Origin: Octopus vulgaris
Taxonomy: Eukaryota
Assembly (NCBI GenBank): GCA_951406725.2
Contig: OX597824.1
Span: forward strand, 55,986,001 to 56,050,000
Direction: 5' to 3'
Length of the DNA: 64,000 nt
The notes beneath the pieces were generated by a model. That model ran no database searches. It had not been told where the DNA came from and saw nothing but the letters and a program-made list of their open reading frames with translations. This document shows positions 26,094 to 38,437 of the stretch, one piece after another. The first letter of the stretch is position 1. Each line of letters starts with the position of its first letter. A program made the position numbers and the translations under genes.

Positions 26094-27040
26094 AATTAAT
26101 AAATAAAATAAAACATATGCATATATACATACATATATGTACGTACTTACCTCTACATGTATATATACATGCATATATGGGTACAGGACACCAAAAAAGC
26201 GTCTAACACAATGAGAAACGAAAACATAAACACAAAACCAAGGAAATGGACATCTTTCTTAAACAACAGGACATACAATACAAGGAAAATTCCCCTTCTT
26301 CAGTCGCCTTTGTTTCATCTATACCACGTTTCGAAGGTCAAGGCGAGACACGACTTTAATGAAACATTCCTTCCAGCGATAAGCAAATTAGATAAAATTT
26401 GAGATTTTTTTGCGGAGGGGTAAAAATGGTAACAAAAACAGGACAGTAAAGACAGTACAAAATATAAACAGTAAAGGACAGGACAAGGAGAATAACATTA
26501 ACACAAACATTGAGAGTTGTTAAGCCAGAACGAAAGAAAAAATATTATGAACACTTTTGCGGATGGCAAGAGAGAGAGAGGAAAGCCATCCACACTTGAA
26601 GGAAAGACAGTAGCAAAGCTCTCGTCGCAGGTCAACGACGGGAGGGAGGAGGAGGAGCAAGAGAAAGGGAGAGAAAAAAAGGGAATGGTTATAGAGAAAA
26701 CCCAGAAAGAATGAAAAATGAGAGAGAGAGAGGGAGAGACAGTAAGGTTGAAGAAAAGGAAACCCGAAAGAATGAAGGCTGAGAAAGGGAGGGGGGACAG
26801 AAAGGTTAAGAGTGCGCATCATTATTAATATTAAGAACAATCTTACTTAGAAATGGATGCGTGCGTTCCGTCATATAATAAATTAATAAATAAAATAAAA
26901 CATATGCATATATACATACATATATGTACGTACCTACCTCTACATGTATATATACATGCATATATGGGTACAGGACACCAAAAAAACGTTGAACACAATG
27001 AGAAACGAAAACATAAACACAAAACCAAGGAAATGGACAT
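26085..27040 (-). mobile_element. Penelope-like non-coding terminal repeat structure with ~175-bp direct repeats
   Basis: 26085-26255 is nearly identical to 26872-27040. A related family occurs at 32630-32910. Confidence 0.55.
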
Positions 27041-27074
27041 TAACAGAAAATTTTGTATGTATAAACAGAATTCA

Positions 27075-27500
27075 AGCATTGGTGTTCCACGATGTTCTGA
27101 CCTGATGAGCTAGCCTTCTTTATCTGCATTGGTTTTCTTCCAGAGTTTTGTTTTGACGCAGAGGTTTTTCCCTCTTTCTCAAAGGCTGTCATTACTTCTG
27201 AGGCAGTACTTCTTGATACACCAAACATTTCAGCTGTTTTCGTTGCACTAGCACCTGCCATACGAGCACCAACAATTTGACCTCTTTGAAAGTCCAATTG
27301 ATCTGGCATTTTAATGAATTTTAATTACCTTTTTCCGATGATATCTGAAAAAAACCCAGCAATTTTAGAAAAACATATTAAGCAGCACTAATAATAAATC
27401 AAAAAACATAAAAACAAACAAGCTTTTGACGGTTTTATAGATATTTCAAAATTATGATGCTATGATACTAGGTGTTTTCCATTATTTTGTCCAACCACTG
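27075..27500 (-). mobile_element. Tc1-like transposon, internally deleted
   Basis: ORF 27040-27309 reads FQRGQIVGARMAGASATKTAEMFGVSRSTASEV...SGRKP. The TIR (ta)CAGTGGTTGGACAAAATAATGGAAAACACC lies at about 27470-27500. Confidence 0.85.
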
Positions 27501-27504
27501 TATA

Positions 27505-27825
27505 TATGCTGAGACCCCCTTCGGTCATGACTGACTATGGGATTGCACCTAGAAAGTTACCCTCCAAGGCACAATCTGGGCAAGGTTGTTTATGGAAGAC
27601 CAGCAGTTGCCCATGCATATTGGCCCCCTCTCCATGCCACCAGTGTTATCCAAGGGAAAGGCAAAGGCCAATACAGCTTGGCCTCTCATTTCTACAGCTG
27701 AGTGAACTGGAGCGACATGAAATAAAGTGACTTGCTCAAGAACACAACACACAGCCCGGTCCAGGATTCAAACTCACAACCTCACGATCGTAAGCTCAAC
27801 GCTCTAACCACTGAGCCTTTCACCT
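27505..27825 (-). mobile_element. tRNA-derived SINE, second family
   Basis: Minus strand reads ggctcagtggttagagcgttgagcttacgatcgtgaggttgtgagtttgaatcc (A and B boxes), followed by a non-tRNA body. Confidence 0.8.
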
Positions 27826-28599
27826 TCACATATATATAAAGACTAGAATGTATGTGTGTGTGTGTCTGTCAGCTGTTGGGAACCCTTTCAGCCCTGCCTT
27901 AGATTCGAACCGGAATCTCAAAAACATTGTCTCCTTACATTTCATTCTCATTTGCTTTCCACAACAGGGAAATGAAACTTACTTCTCACACAACACCCAA
28001 AATTAAAGTTGAGGCAAACGACAAAATTTGGTACGCAATACATAACCACTTTCTCCTTTGCTCTTACCATTTCTCTTGCCTTGCCTTTCACAATATTACT
28101 CTATCACAGCAATACTGATCAAGTAAAATCCATTCATTCATTCTGCTGAATTCGGTACATAACCTCTTTCATTTGTAAATTGGATCAATTTTGATAAATG
28201 CATCCACATGTGTTTCACTAAGGATAAAAAAAGGGATTTCTTGTGTGGAATCAAGTACCCTCAACTCCCAGTATGCCACAAACCTCCTATTTTTCTTCAG
28301 AAACAAAGGGAGGGTTGTGATGGGGGACCTCAGATTTTCTCCTGAAAGTCCGAATTCCCCCACCACATAAACAGCTCCTTTCTACAGAAAATGAAATACT
28401 TGGCTGCTATTTGTAGCACACACTGCTACCACGTAACAGCTATTTGCAATAACAGCATGTCCATTATCACAAATGCCTGTTCAGTGGTAGCAGGACATGC
28501 TAGAAATACCAGCCTAATTGGTTCATAACAATGTTTCACTTTGTTTGATTCACTTTTAATTTGAATTTACACATTTATCATTCAATGACTAGTTTGTAG

Positions 28600-28970
28600 G
28601 CACAGAAGCCATTCGAGGTGGCACTGGCAATGGCCACGTTCGGATGGTGTTCGGATAAAAAGCACCATCTGAACGTGGCCGTTGCCAGCGCCGCCTCAAC
28701 TGGCTTCTGTGCCGGTGGCACATAAAAAGCACCATCCGAACATGGCCGATGCCGGCGCCGCCTTGGCTGGCTTCCGTGCCAGTGGCACGTAAAAAGCACC
28801 CACTACACTCGCGGAGTGGTTGGCGTTAGGAAGGGCATCCAGCTGTAGAAACACTGCCAGATCAGACTGGAGCCTGGTGCAGCCCTGGCTTCCCAGACTC
28901 CAGTCGAACCGTCCAACCCGTGCTAGCGCGGAAAACGGATGTTAAACGATGATGATGATGATGATGATGA
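28600..28970 (+). mobile_element. Solo RTE 3' tail (CpG-rich, young)
   Basis: Repeat units, ggagtggttggcgttaggaagggcatccagc and a (GAT)n tail. Confidence 0.9.
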
Positions 28971-30456
28971 CACCTGTTACAATGTTGCAAGTTATTTACA
29001 TTTACAGTTTCATCTTAACACTTCTACTAACATGACATCGAAATGACGCGTAAACAGCTCCTTTCCACAGAAAATGAAACATTTGACTGCTATTTCTAGC
29101 ACATGCTACTTCCATGTAACAGCTATTCGCAAATACCTGTTCAGTGGTAGCAGGACGTGCTAGAAATATCAGCCAAATTGATTAATGTTTACAAGTACAC
29201 CTGCACGTCAACCCTCACCACTTTTCTTTCCTTCTTTTCCAGTGGATTCCTATGTTTTCAATGATGGACATTCCAATTATTCACAAAAAATATGTTTCAT
29301 TTTCAACTCCCTGTCCCTACCCCAAGTTTTTCATTTTAATTTTTTCAAAATAATTTCTTACTTGCCTAATGCGGGCAGTCAATTTTTTACATTTTTACTT
29401 CTTCTCCATTTCTTTTCTTTATTCTACTTCAAAACATACTGAGATTAAGAATACAGGGTGTTTGATTCCAAGCCCCCCCCCCCCAATACAAGTTTTTTCC
29501 ATTTTTCTTAGTGAAATGCGTGCAGGTGCACTTCCTAAAATTTACCAATAATTTTTTGCTTCTTGATTAATGTGAGCCTGCAGACCTACCAGCTTGCCTC
29601 TAACCATTTGTAGACTCAGACGCAGCATGAACAGGGGCTTCTTCCCCACGAGCACCACTAAACAAAACTAAGCAATTCATCCAATTGCTCTTTTATTAAC
29701 CCTTTCCTTATCCAATTCCAGGCTACAATGGTGCTCATGGCTAATGTAAATCACAACCATCCAGAATTTAATTTACTGATGAGTTATTAATTTTAAAAAA
29801 TTTTTACACATGTCATACTTATGGTCCATGGAGTGTCATGGACCAAAACAATTTCTAACTTCTTGCCTAATGCGGATGCAGAGTAATCTTTTACACTGGT
29901 TCACTATTATGTGCTAAAAGTGAGACAATAGCATCTATATTGTAATGTCATATAAAATCACTTCAGTTTTATTATTACCCTTTTCATTCTAATGTGATAA
30001 GACTATAATACTGTTTCGCTTTTATTGTTTCCATTTTCATTCTAATGTCATAACACTAACATCATTTTATGTTACACTTTTACCATTCAACTACCAGTTA
30101 ATTATTACTGCAGCAGTTGCAAGGTTGCAAGTTTTTTACAGTTACGTAGTAACCTTTCAGTTAATATTTAATACTTAACAGTGTATCTGAGTGCATTTCC
30201 TCCTGCTTCTTTTAGGTCATGCCCCAAAGCAAGAGTTATTCAATTGGCCGAAAAACTGCGAAAGCAAGGTCATCAGTTGGGAGGGCAAATGAATCATCAT
30301 TGGAAACTTCTATTAGACGATCACAAAATGCTGAACATAGAGCCACTACAAGAGCACTCCAAACAGATGACCAGCATAAAGTTTGACAAACTGCTGATGC
30401 TGCATGAGCTGCAGACACTGAACCCCAGTGTAAACTTTGACGAACTACTGATGCTA

Positions 30457-31740
30457 CGAGGGGCGTTCAATAAGTAATGCCTCTGACCCAATTGCAGTTG
30501 TTTGATCTAGCTGAAATTTTGCATGTGCAATTATTTATATCTCTATAGATTAAATGGGAAATTACAGCTCTGAACTAATTGTGGTTTCTGATTTACAGGT
30601 GTTTAAACTGAGTCAGGTGTGAAATGGAGCCTGTTGAGTGTCGAGCAGTGATCCGGTTTTTGTATTTGAAAGGACGCACACCACGGGAAACTTTTGATGA
30701 AATGAAAGTAACTTATGGTGATGATGCCCCGTCATATGACCTTGTAAAACGCTGGCATCGTGAATTCAAACTTGGTCTGAACTCTGTGGAAACAGCTCCC
30801 AGATCTGGTCGCCCCCTTCTGCCATTGATGAGGCATCTGTCCGTCAAGTTGAGGCTGCCATTTTGGAAGATCGACGCATAACTATTCGCCAAATAGCCCA
30901 TGAAGTCAAGATTAGTACCGGGTCTGTGGAAACTATCATTCATGACCATTTACATATGCAAAAGGTGTCTGCCAGATGGATTCCCAGGTTGCTCACACCT
31001 TTCCAGAAGCAAGAACGCGTCGAATGCTCGAGGATAAATTTGGAGATGTGCCAAGAAGATGAGTCAAAATATTTCAAAAGACTGATTACACAGGATGAAA
31101 CCTGGGTCCATCACTATGATCCAGAGACCAAAGCCCAGTCAATGCAGTGGAAGCGCCGTGACTCACCTCCTCCAAAGAAGGCAAGGGTGCATCCCTCCAC
31201 TGGCAAGGTCACGCTCACAGTCTTCTGGGACCAGGACGGAGTAGTGATGACAGATTTTCTGGCAAAGGGTACCACAATTACAGGAGCCTATTATGCTTCA
31301 CTTTTGAGGAAATTAAGAGAAGCTATCAAAATCAAGAGGCGGAGCAAGATCAGCAAAGGCATCCTCCTCCTGCAGGACAACGCTCCGGTCCACAACTCTC
31401 GTGTCGCCAGATCAAAAGCACAGGCGTGCGGCTATGAACTTCTCCCCCATCCCCTTACTCTCCTGATCTTGCACCCTCTGATTTTCACCTCTTCCCACCC
31501 ATGAAGTTGTTTTTGAAAGGAAAGCGTTTACCAGATGATGCAGCCTTGATTTCTGAAGTCACGTCGTGGTTGGAGGACCAAGCTGGGGTCTTCTACAAAA
31601 ACGGTATCCAGAGCTGCATCAAACGATGGGAGAAATGCGTAACTCTGGGTGGTTCCTATGTAGAAAAAGACTAATACCTGTGCCGAGTTTTGTTACTCTA
31701 CTACTATGGGAAGTGGGTCAGGAGCATTACTTATTGAACG
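30457..31740 (+). mobile_element. Near full-length mariner (DD34D) transposon; transposase 30624-31674 broken by two frameshifts
   Basis: TIRs cgaggggcgttcaataagtaatgcc and gcattacttattgaacg, with TA flanks. Motifs WIPRLL, TQDETW, LQDNAP, YSPDLAPSDF; ends YVEKD*. Confidence 0.95.
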
Positions 31741-32261
31741 TACATCAATTGCTGCTGCACGAGCTGTGGAGACTGAATACTACCGATGCGTCAATTGCTG
31801 CTGCATGAGCTGCAGAGGATGAAAACCGACACACTACATACCTGGTCAGGAATACTGACAATATGGCTGTTGTATGAGCTTACAATAGAGATTTATTATG
31901 CTGCAGACTTCCGTTCAAGAAAGAGCTAATAGATGGGTGGTTTTCAACGCCATGCATCTCATGATGGTCATTAAAAGGTTTTTCGACTACAACCCTAAGC
32001 TTCATTATGATTGTCACCCAGATATAAACATATATACAGATACATGTGCATATATATATATATATATATATATAATCAAAGTAAGCAACAAGAATATCTT
32101 CTGCCGAAGATATTCTTGTTGCTTACTTTGATTATAATCACCCCATGGATTTATATGGATTACACCATATAAAAATTCTGGTGCATTTGACTTAAGTACC
32201 ATATTCATTTGAATATTTATATAAGTATATATATTTATAAGTATATATGTGTGTGAATATA

Positions 32262-32309
<48 letters not shown>

Positions 32310-32344
32310 TATAATATAAATGTGTGTGTATGTGTGTGAATATA

Positions 32345-32390
<46 letters not shown>

Positions 32391-32397
32391 ATATAAA

Positions 32398-32436
<39 letters not shown>

Positions 32437-32526
32437 TACTAATAATGGTAAGACAACAAAAGAATGAATGAGACCTCAATATTGTGTAAATAGAGGAATT
32501 TATCTGCAGCACTTTTTTATTGCCTC

Positions 32527-32587
32527 GGTAACTGACGAGACGCCGGAGCAGTTTTCCGCCCTGACATCCGAAACTCAGAGTATTATT
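32527..32587 (+). ncRNA. Type I hammerhead-like ribozyme
   Basis: ggtaa CTGACGA gacgccggagcag-tttt-ccgccctgacatcc GAAA ctcagag TA ttatt. Core intact; helix II partly decayed through A-C mismatches. Confidence 0.65.
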
Positions 32588-32969
32588 ATGGCAACCAAAC
32601 AATTGTCACATATTATATTACAGATATATATATATACACATATATGGGTACAGGATGTCACCAACCGTGCAAACAACGTGAAGTACGAAAACAAAGGAGT
32701 TAAATATGCAAACAATGAGAGAAAAAATGGAAAACAGGACAAATAACACAGAGAACAACCCTTCATCAGTTGTTGCTATCTATCTACTCTTCATTTCGAG
32801 CATTCAATGACAATATGAGTCTTTGAAGACAGTTGCTCCCATAATTTCCAGACTGAAATTTTGGATTTATGGAGGGTCAAACTTTGGAACAAAAACAGGA
32901 CAGTGGAGACATACATACATATATGTATGTATGTATGTAGAAATATATATAATACGTATATATATGTGT

Positions 32970-33150
32970 GTGTGTCTGTGTTTATACTCCCACCATTGCT
33001 TAACAACCGATGTTGCTGTGTTTACATACCCGTAACTTAGCTGTTTGGCAAAACACACCGATAGAATAAGTACTAGGCTTACAAAGAATAAATCCTGGGG
33101 TCTATTTCTTTGACTAAAAGCGGTGCTCCAGCATGGCCACAGTCACATGA
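32970..33150 (+). mobile_element. SINE 3' half
   Basis: caccattgcttaacaaccgatgttgctgtg...ggtgctccagcatggccacagtc. Confidence 0.75.
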
Positions 33151-33199
33151 AAAACTATATCATTGTAACCTGAGCAACGCCAGGTATCTCTGCTAGTGT

Positions 33200-34180
33200 T
33201 TTATAACTACAAGGAATAGTTTTATTCATCAAAGTATGCACCTGTATTGTCATTTCAGCGGTAGTTTGTCCAGCCTGGAAGTGTAAAAGTCTGGCTACCT
33301 AGAGTCAATAAAATCTTGGAAGGCCTGTTTTTCAGCATTGTTGAAATTAAATTTTTTTCCTATCAAAAAGTTATCTAAATTCTGGAAGAAGTGGTTGTCA
33401 GTGAGGATGACGGAGAACTTCCAACTCCAACAAGTTTTGCCAGTGTCATTTTTGCAATGTGTGGTCTGGCGTTGTCTTGCAATAAAATAAGAGTGGATAT
33501 ATTGACTAATATAGGCTGTTTTTTTATTATTTTCTGCATCATTTGGTCCAGTTGGCTGCAGTATACTTCAGCTGTGGTTGATGAGTCAGGTTTAATGAAA
33601 TCATAATGGATCCCACCTGCGCCAGACCATCAAACACACACCATCAGCTTCTTTTGATGGATTTTGCTTTTTGGTGGCTCGTCCTTGTCTAACCATTGTG
33701 CTGAATGTTTACGGTTGTTGCATTGGATCCATTTCTCATCACGTTACAATTCAATTCAAAAATGATTCATTTTTGTGACGAGGAAGTAGCATAATGCAGG
33801 CTTCCGAATGTTACTGTTTCTGATTTTCATTAAGTTCATGTGGAACCCACTTATCCAACTTTTTCCCAATTTGAACTAGGTGAGTCAGTATTGTTTGCCT
33901 GCTAACACCAAACAGCAACAATAATTCATGAGCTCTTTGAGATATATCTGACTCGACGGTGGTTTTCAGTTTGTCATTATCCACCTTTGTTTCTGGTCAA
34001 ACGTGTTCCTCATTTGTGAAGTCAAAGTTGTCAGATCAAAATTTTGCAAACCAATTAGATACTGTCTGCTGTGTAATAACATTAGAATGAAATACTCCAT
34101 TAATATTCCGAGCTGTCTGTGATGCTGTATTTCCAAGAGAGAACTCATGTTTCAAAACTGTGTAAATTTCCGACTTACCC
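33200..34180 (-). mobile_element. Degraded mariner
   Basis: Minus strand encodes KWVPHEL (33835-33855), vtrDEKWI (33730-33750), LQDNARPH (33455-33480) and F-motif remnants. Confidence 0.75.
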
Positions 34181-34287
34181 ATTACAAAACAAAAATACTA
34201 AAAAACAATTTATAAATACTTCACAAAGTGCAAAATTAGCTGCTGTTTACCATATACCTTACTACAAATTTCATACTTGAGTTGCTG

Positions 34288-35736
34288 AATGTCGACAGAG
34301 GGGCCAGCTATCCAAATTGACAGTACCTTGCTAGATAAAGCAATTAAGAGTATGAAGACAGAGAAAGACCCTGACCCATCAGGAATCACTGCAGAGATGC
34401 TCAAAGTATCTGGTAGTGTCAGCTATAGCCTAGTCACCCGTATAGTTAACCAGGTGATACATGACTGGTGTAGCAGCACCTTAGTCAACTACTACAAAGG
34501 TAAAGGTGATGCTTAAGATGCAAATAATTACAGAGATATCAAGTTGTTGGATCAGGTAATGAAGGTCACGGAGAGGGTCATAGCCCAACTAATTAGGGAG
34601 AGAGTCAGTTTAGATGAGGTGCAGTTCGGGTTCGTGCCAGGAAAAAGCACCACTGCTGCTATATTTCTGGTAAGACAGCTGCAGGAGAAATACCTGGTCA
34701 AAGATAAATCTCTGTACATGGCTTTCTTTGACATGGAGAAAGCCTTTGACAGGGTCTCCCGATCCCTTATCTGGTGGTCAATGAGGAAACTAGGGATAGA
34801 TGAAGAGCTGTGCAAGGTTGCATGAGGGTTGGCAACAAGTACAGTGAAGAATTCCGGGTAGAGGTAGGGGTCCAACAAGGTTCAGTCCTCAGCCCCCTCC
34901 TATTTATCATAGTCCTCCCTGCAATAACAGGAATTCAAGACAGGATGCCCCTGGGAGCTCCTCTATGCTGACAACCTTGCTCTAATTGCTGAGTCACAAT
35001 CAGAACTAGAGGAGAAGTTTCAGGTGTGGAAGCAAGGTCTAGAATGGAAGGGCCTTAGAGTCAGTCTAACAAAAACCAAAATCTTAATAAGTAGGAAGGC
35101 AGACAAATTACAAGTCCCTTCAGGTAGATGGCCCTGCTCGATCTGTAGAAAAGGCGGAGGTAGAAACTCCATAAGATGTACCTGGTGTAAGCTATGGACA
35201 CATAAGAAGTGCAGCAATATCAAAGGAGAGGCTAACTAGGAACATAGTTTTTGTATGTGGCAGAGGCTCAGGAGCAATAAACACTTAAAACATGTGTAGA
35301 GAACAACTTCTGCCACATTCCTGGGAGAAAAACTAGTAGTAGTTGATAGTTTCCGTTACCTAGATGACAAAATCAGTAGCAGGGGTGGGTGCTCTGAAAG
35401 TGTAGCTGGTAGAATAAGAATAGCCTGGGTAAAGCTCCAAAGAGCTCTTTCCTCTGCTGGTGACAAAGGGCATCTCGCTCAGAGTAAAAGATAGACTGTA
35501 TGATGCATGTGTACGAATAGCCATGCTACATGGCAGTGAAACATGGGCCATGACTGCCGAGGACATGTGTAAGCTTGCAAGGAACAAAGCGAGTATGCTC
35601 TGCTGGATTTGTAATGTCAGTGTACATACACGACAGAATGTAAGCACCCTGAGTGAAAAGTTGGACATAAGAAGCATCAGATGTGGTGTCCAAGAGAGAC
35701 GACTGCACTGGTACGGTCATGTGTTGCATGTGGATC
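34288..35736 (+). mobile_element. Internal fragment of RTE LINE (RT to C-terminus), degraded
   Basis: ORFs 34289-34516, 34544-34825, 35024-35239 and 35460-35753 are collinear with the RTE ORF. Confidence 0.93.
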
Positions 35737-36084
35737 AAGGAAAATCTATCTGACATCAAGATATCAACTTGAAAATAAAATTAAAAAGAGTATAATTGAA
35801 CACACCACACATTTTGCATTTCTTTTCAAATTATGGTCCCAAAGACTGCAACTTGTTGCTCAAAACATAAACTATTGAAACTACGTAAATTGGAGGTTTG
35901 TTTGCATTTTTGCTTAAGTATCATACACATAAGGAATGCTGAAGGTAAGTGCTTTTATTTAGCCTGTTTGAAGCTAAGAAAAAATTTTTCATTATTGTCT
36001 CCTTCCATGCTGACAATTGCGTCTTTATCGTAATAATATACTTTCGATATATTGACATGCACATGTATGCATATATATAAATAT

Positions 36085-36115
<31 letters not shown>

Positions 36116-36296
36116 ATTAAATATCATTAAGGGTTTAGCAACAAGTTGCTTCTTGTTGCTAAACCCTTAATTATATTTAATTATATATAAAAAAATTTTT
36201 GTAAAAGTTTCTACAGATAATGGTTCTTTTTCCATACCGAAACTACTTGGTAAAATTTATTAATTATTAAATTAATAATTCTTTATCCTATATCTG

Positions 36297-36337
<41 letters not shown>

Positions 36338-37197
36338 CGTCTTTTGACATCCTTTGTGAATAAATTGTTTACACCAGAGAGCTTTGATGCTGACTTTGTT
36401 TTGGTAAATAATGTAGAAGGTCAACAGGGCAAGAATATCATTATGCCAGAATATCATTATGTCAGGTAAAATTCAATTGACTATTAATTTTGCATAAATC
36501 AGTTTAATACTCCACACTTGTATTTGAACATGACTATTAAGGCTTTATTATGAGATTTTTTTTTATTTACTAGAGGAGGAGTGTCCTTCATTATTATTGT
36601 AAACTCTCTTAAACTGAGATCGATGTTCATTTTCAACAATCTGAGGGATGAATTCCAAGTGGCTACATAGCTCTAGAGAGGATTGATTGGACAAAGGGTT
36701 TAATTCAGATTCTCCTTTATACAGTAAGGTTTATGAGAGTAGGAGAGGAGAGTGCATTGGTGGATTTGTAAGAATGCAGCTGGCTAGTTCAGAGGAATGT
36801 ACATAAAACAGAAGAAAGATTGTATTTGTGAGCTAGGAGTTGTAGTGTGTTGCTGAACCTGTCAATCAGCTGACTGGTTTTCTTTTGGGTGCAGTAAGGT
36901 GTGTATTTGTAACAGTAACACTCTCTTGGATATAAGAACACTACTCTAATTACTTTTATCAGCTACCTTAATCCCAGGAAACAAAATGTTAGTGGAATAT
37001 TTAATATTGTGTGAAAGCTGATTACACCATAAACTTTTTAAAAAATTGTACTCTGTAAATTACTTACTATGATGTTAATCTATCAGTATATTGTAGCTCT
37101 TGTCAATCAGTTTCTGTTTAGCTGATGAGCATATTATGTGTGTATGCACTCGTGTTTTTATGTGGGTGTACACATGGAAAATATCTACTGCACAACA

Positions 37198-37555
37198 AAT
37201 CATCATCATTATCGTTTAACGTCCGCTTTCCATGCTAGCATGGGTTGGACGGTTTAACTGGGGTCTGGGAAGCCAGAAGGCTGCACAGGCCCAGTCTGAT
37301 CTGGCAGTGTTTCTACAGCTGGATGCCCTTCCTAACGCCAACCACTCCATGAGTATAGTGGGTGCTTTTTATGTGCCACCGGCACAGGTGCCAAACGAGG
37401 CTGGCAACGGCCACGATTGGATGGTGCTTTTTACGTGCCACCGGCACGGAGGCCAGTTGGGGCGGCGCTGGCAATGACCACGTTTGGATGATTCTCTTAT
37501 GTGCCACCGGCACTGGTATCACAACTACAATTTCCATTGATGTTGATCGATTTCA
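37198..37555 (-). mobile_element. Solo RTE 3' tail
   Basis: Reverse complement of the 23215-23597 tail. Confidence 0.9.
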
Positions 37556-38041
37556 CTCATAAAGTGGGAATGGTTTGGAGAAATTTAAAATATATCTGTA
37601 TTGCTTTATGATTTAGAAATATTAGTGAGAGCATAAGATATGGGTGTTTTCCATGATTTTGGTGATATTTAACTGCCAGATCATATACTCTGGAAATCTA
37701 TATTTAATAGAAAGAAGCATCCAAAGATTATTCACTATTTAGTTTATAGGTTGGATTGTGAAAAGAACAAAGCATTTTTCCACAGTTTCCTGTGTGTCAC
37801 TGATTTGAAATTTTATGTTGGATTGTACTTATCTGATAAATTGGTGTGGATATTGGTTTGCTACCTAGTACCTGAGAGAAATGTAGTTTTGTTCTTTGAG
37901 AACATGTGTAACTGTTGGCTCAATATTTGATTTATATCTTTTTTGGATTGTTTGAAAAATTTTCAAGTATATAGCTCTAATATGTAAGACTGATCTGAAA
38001 GAAATATCTTTAAAATATTATAGACATTAAAAATATGAAGA

Positions 38042-38114
<73 letters not shown>

Positions 38115-38437
38115 TATAGAGAGAGAGAAAGGGAGGGAGAGCAATAATAAAACTCTGGCTGGTGATTGCCACACACCGATGACGGGTTACTACACTGAGC
38201 TCTGGGTCAGTGTGTATTACGTAAGGCTAGAGATGGGAACGATGATTTCCCTTCGCAAATACTAATCGGACACAGACAGTGTGTCGTTAGCCAGCTGGAA
38301 GAGATTTCTTCCTGGGGCTATAAACAACAGTAGCATCGTGCACTATGAGACCGCCACATTTAGGTGGCATTTTTTTTAATACTGTAGTTTCAGCTCATAG
38401 CTGTTGCCATGCTGATGCACCGCCATTATATTCATGA

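Larger units (their letters stand above)
27829..33196 (+). mobile_element. Probable Helitron deletion derivative carrying nested insertions
   Basis: Start tatatataaagactagaatgtatgtgtgtg..tctgtc resembles the other Helitron 5' ends (the terminal TC is not seen). The 3' end has hairpin cctgagcaacgccagg plus CTAG|T at 33193-33196. Helitron N-terminal-like repeats flank the inserted mariner. Confidence 0.5.

Noticed and set aside
27745-27820. tRNA gene
   Set aside because: It has A/B boxes but no proper acceptor stem, and it continues into a SINE body.
36560-36950. Old LINE C-terminal fragment on the minus strand
   Set aside because: Only a faint WNS-like motif; insufficient support.
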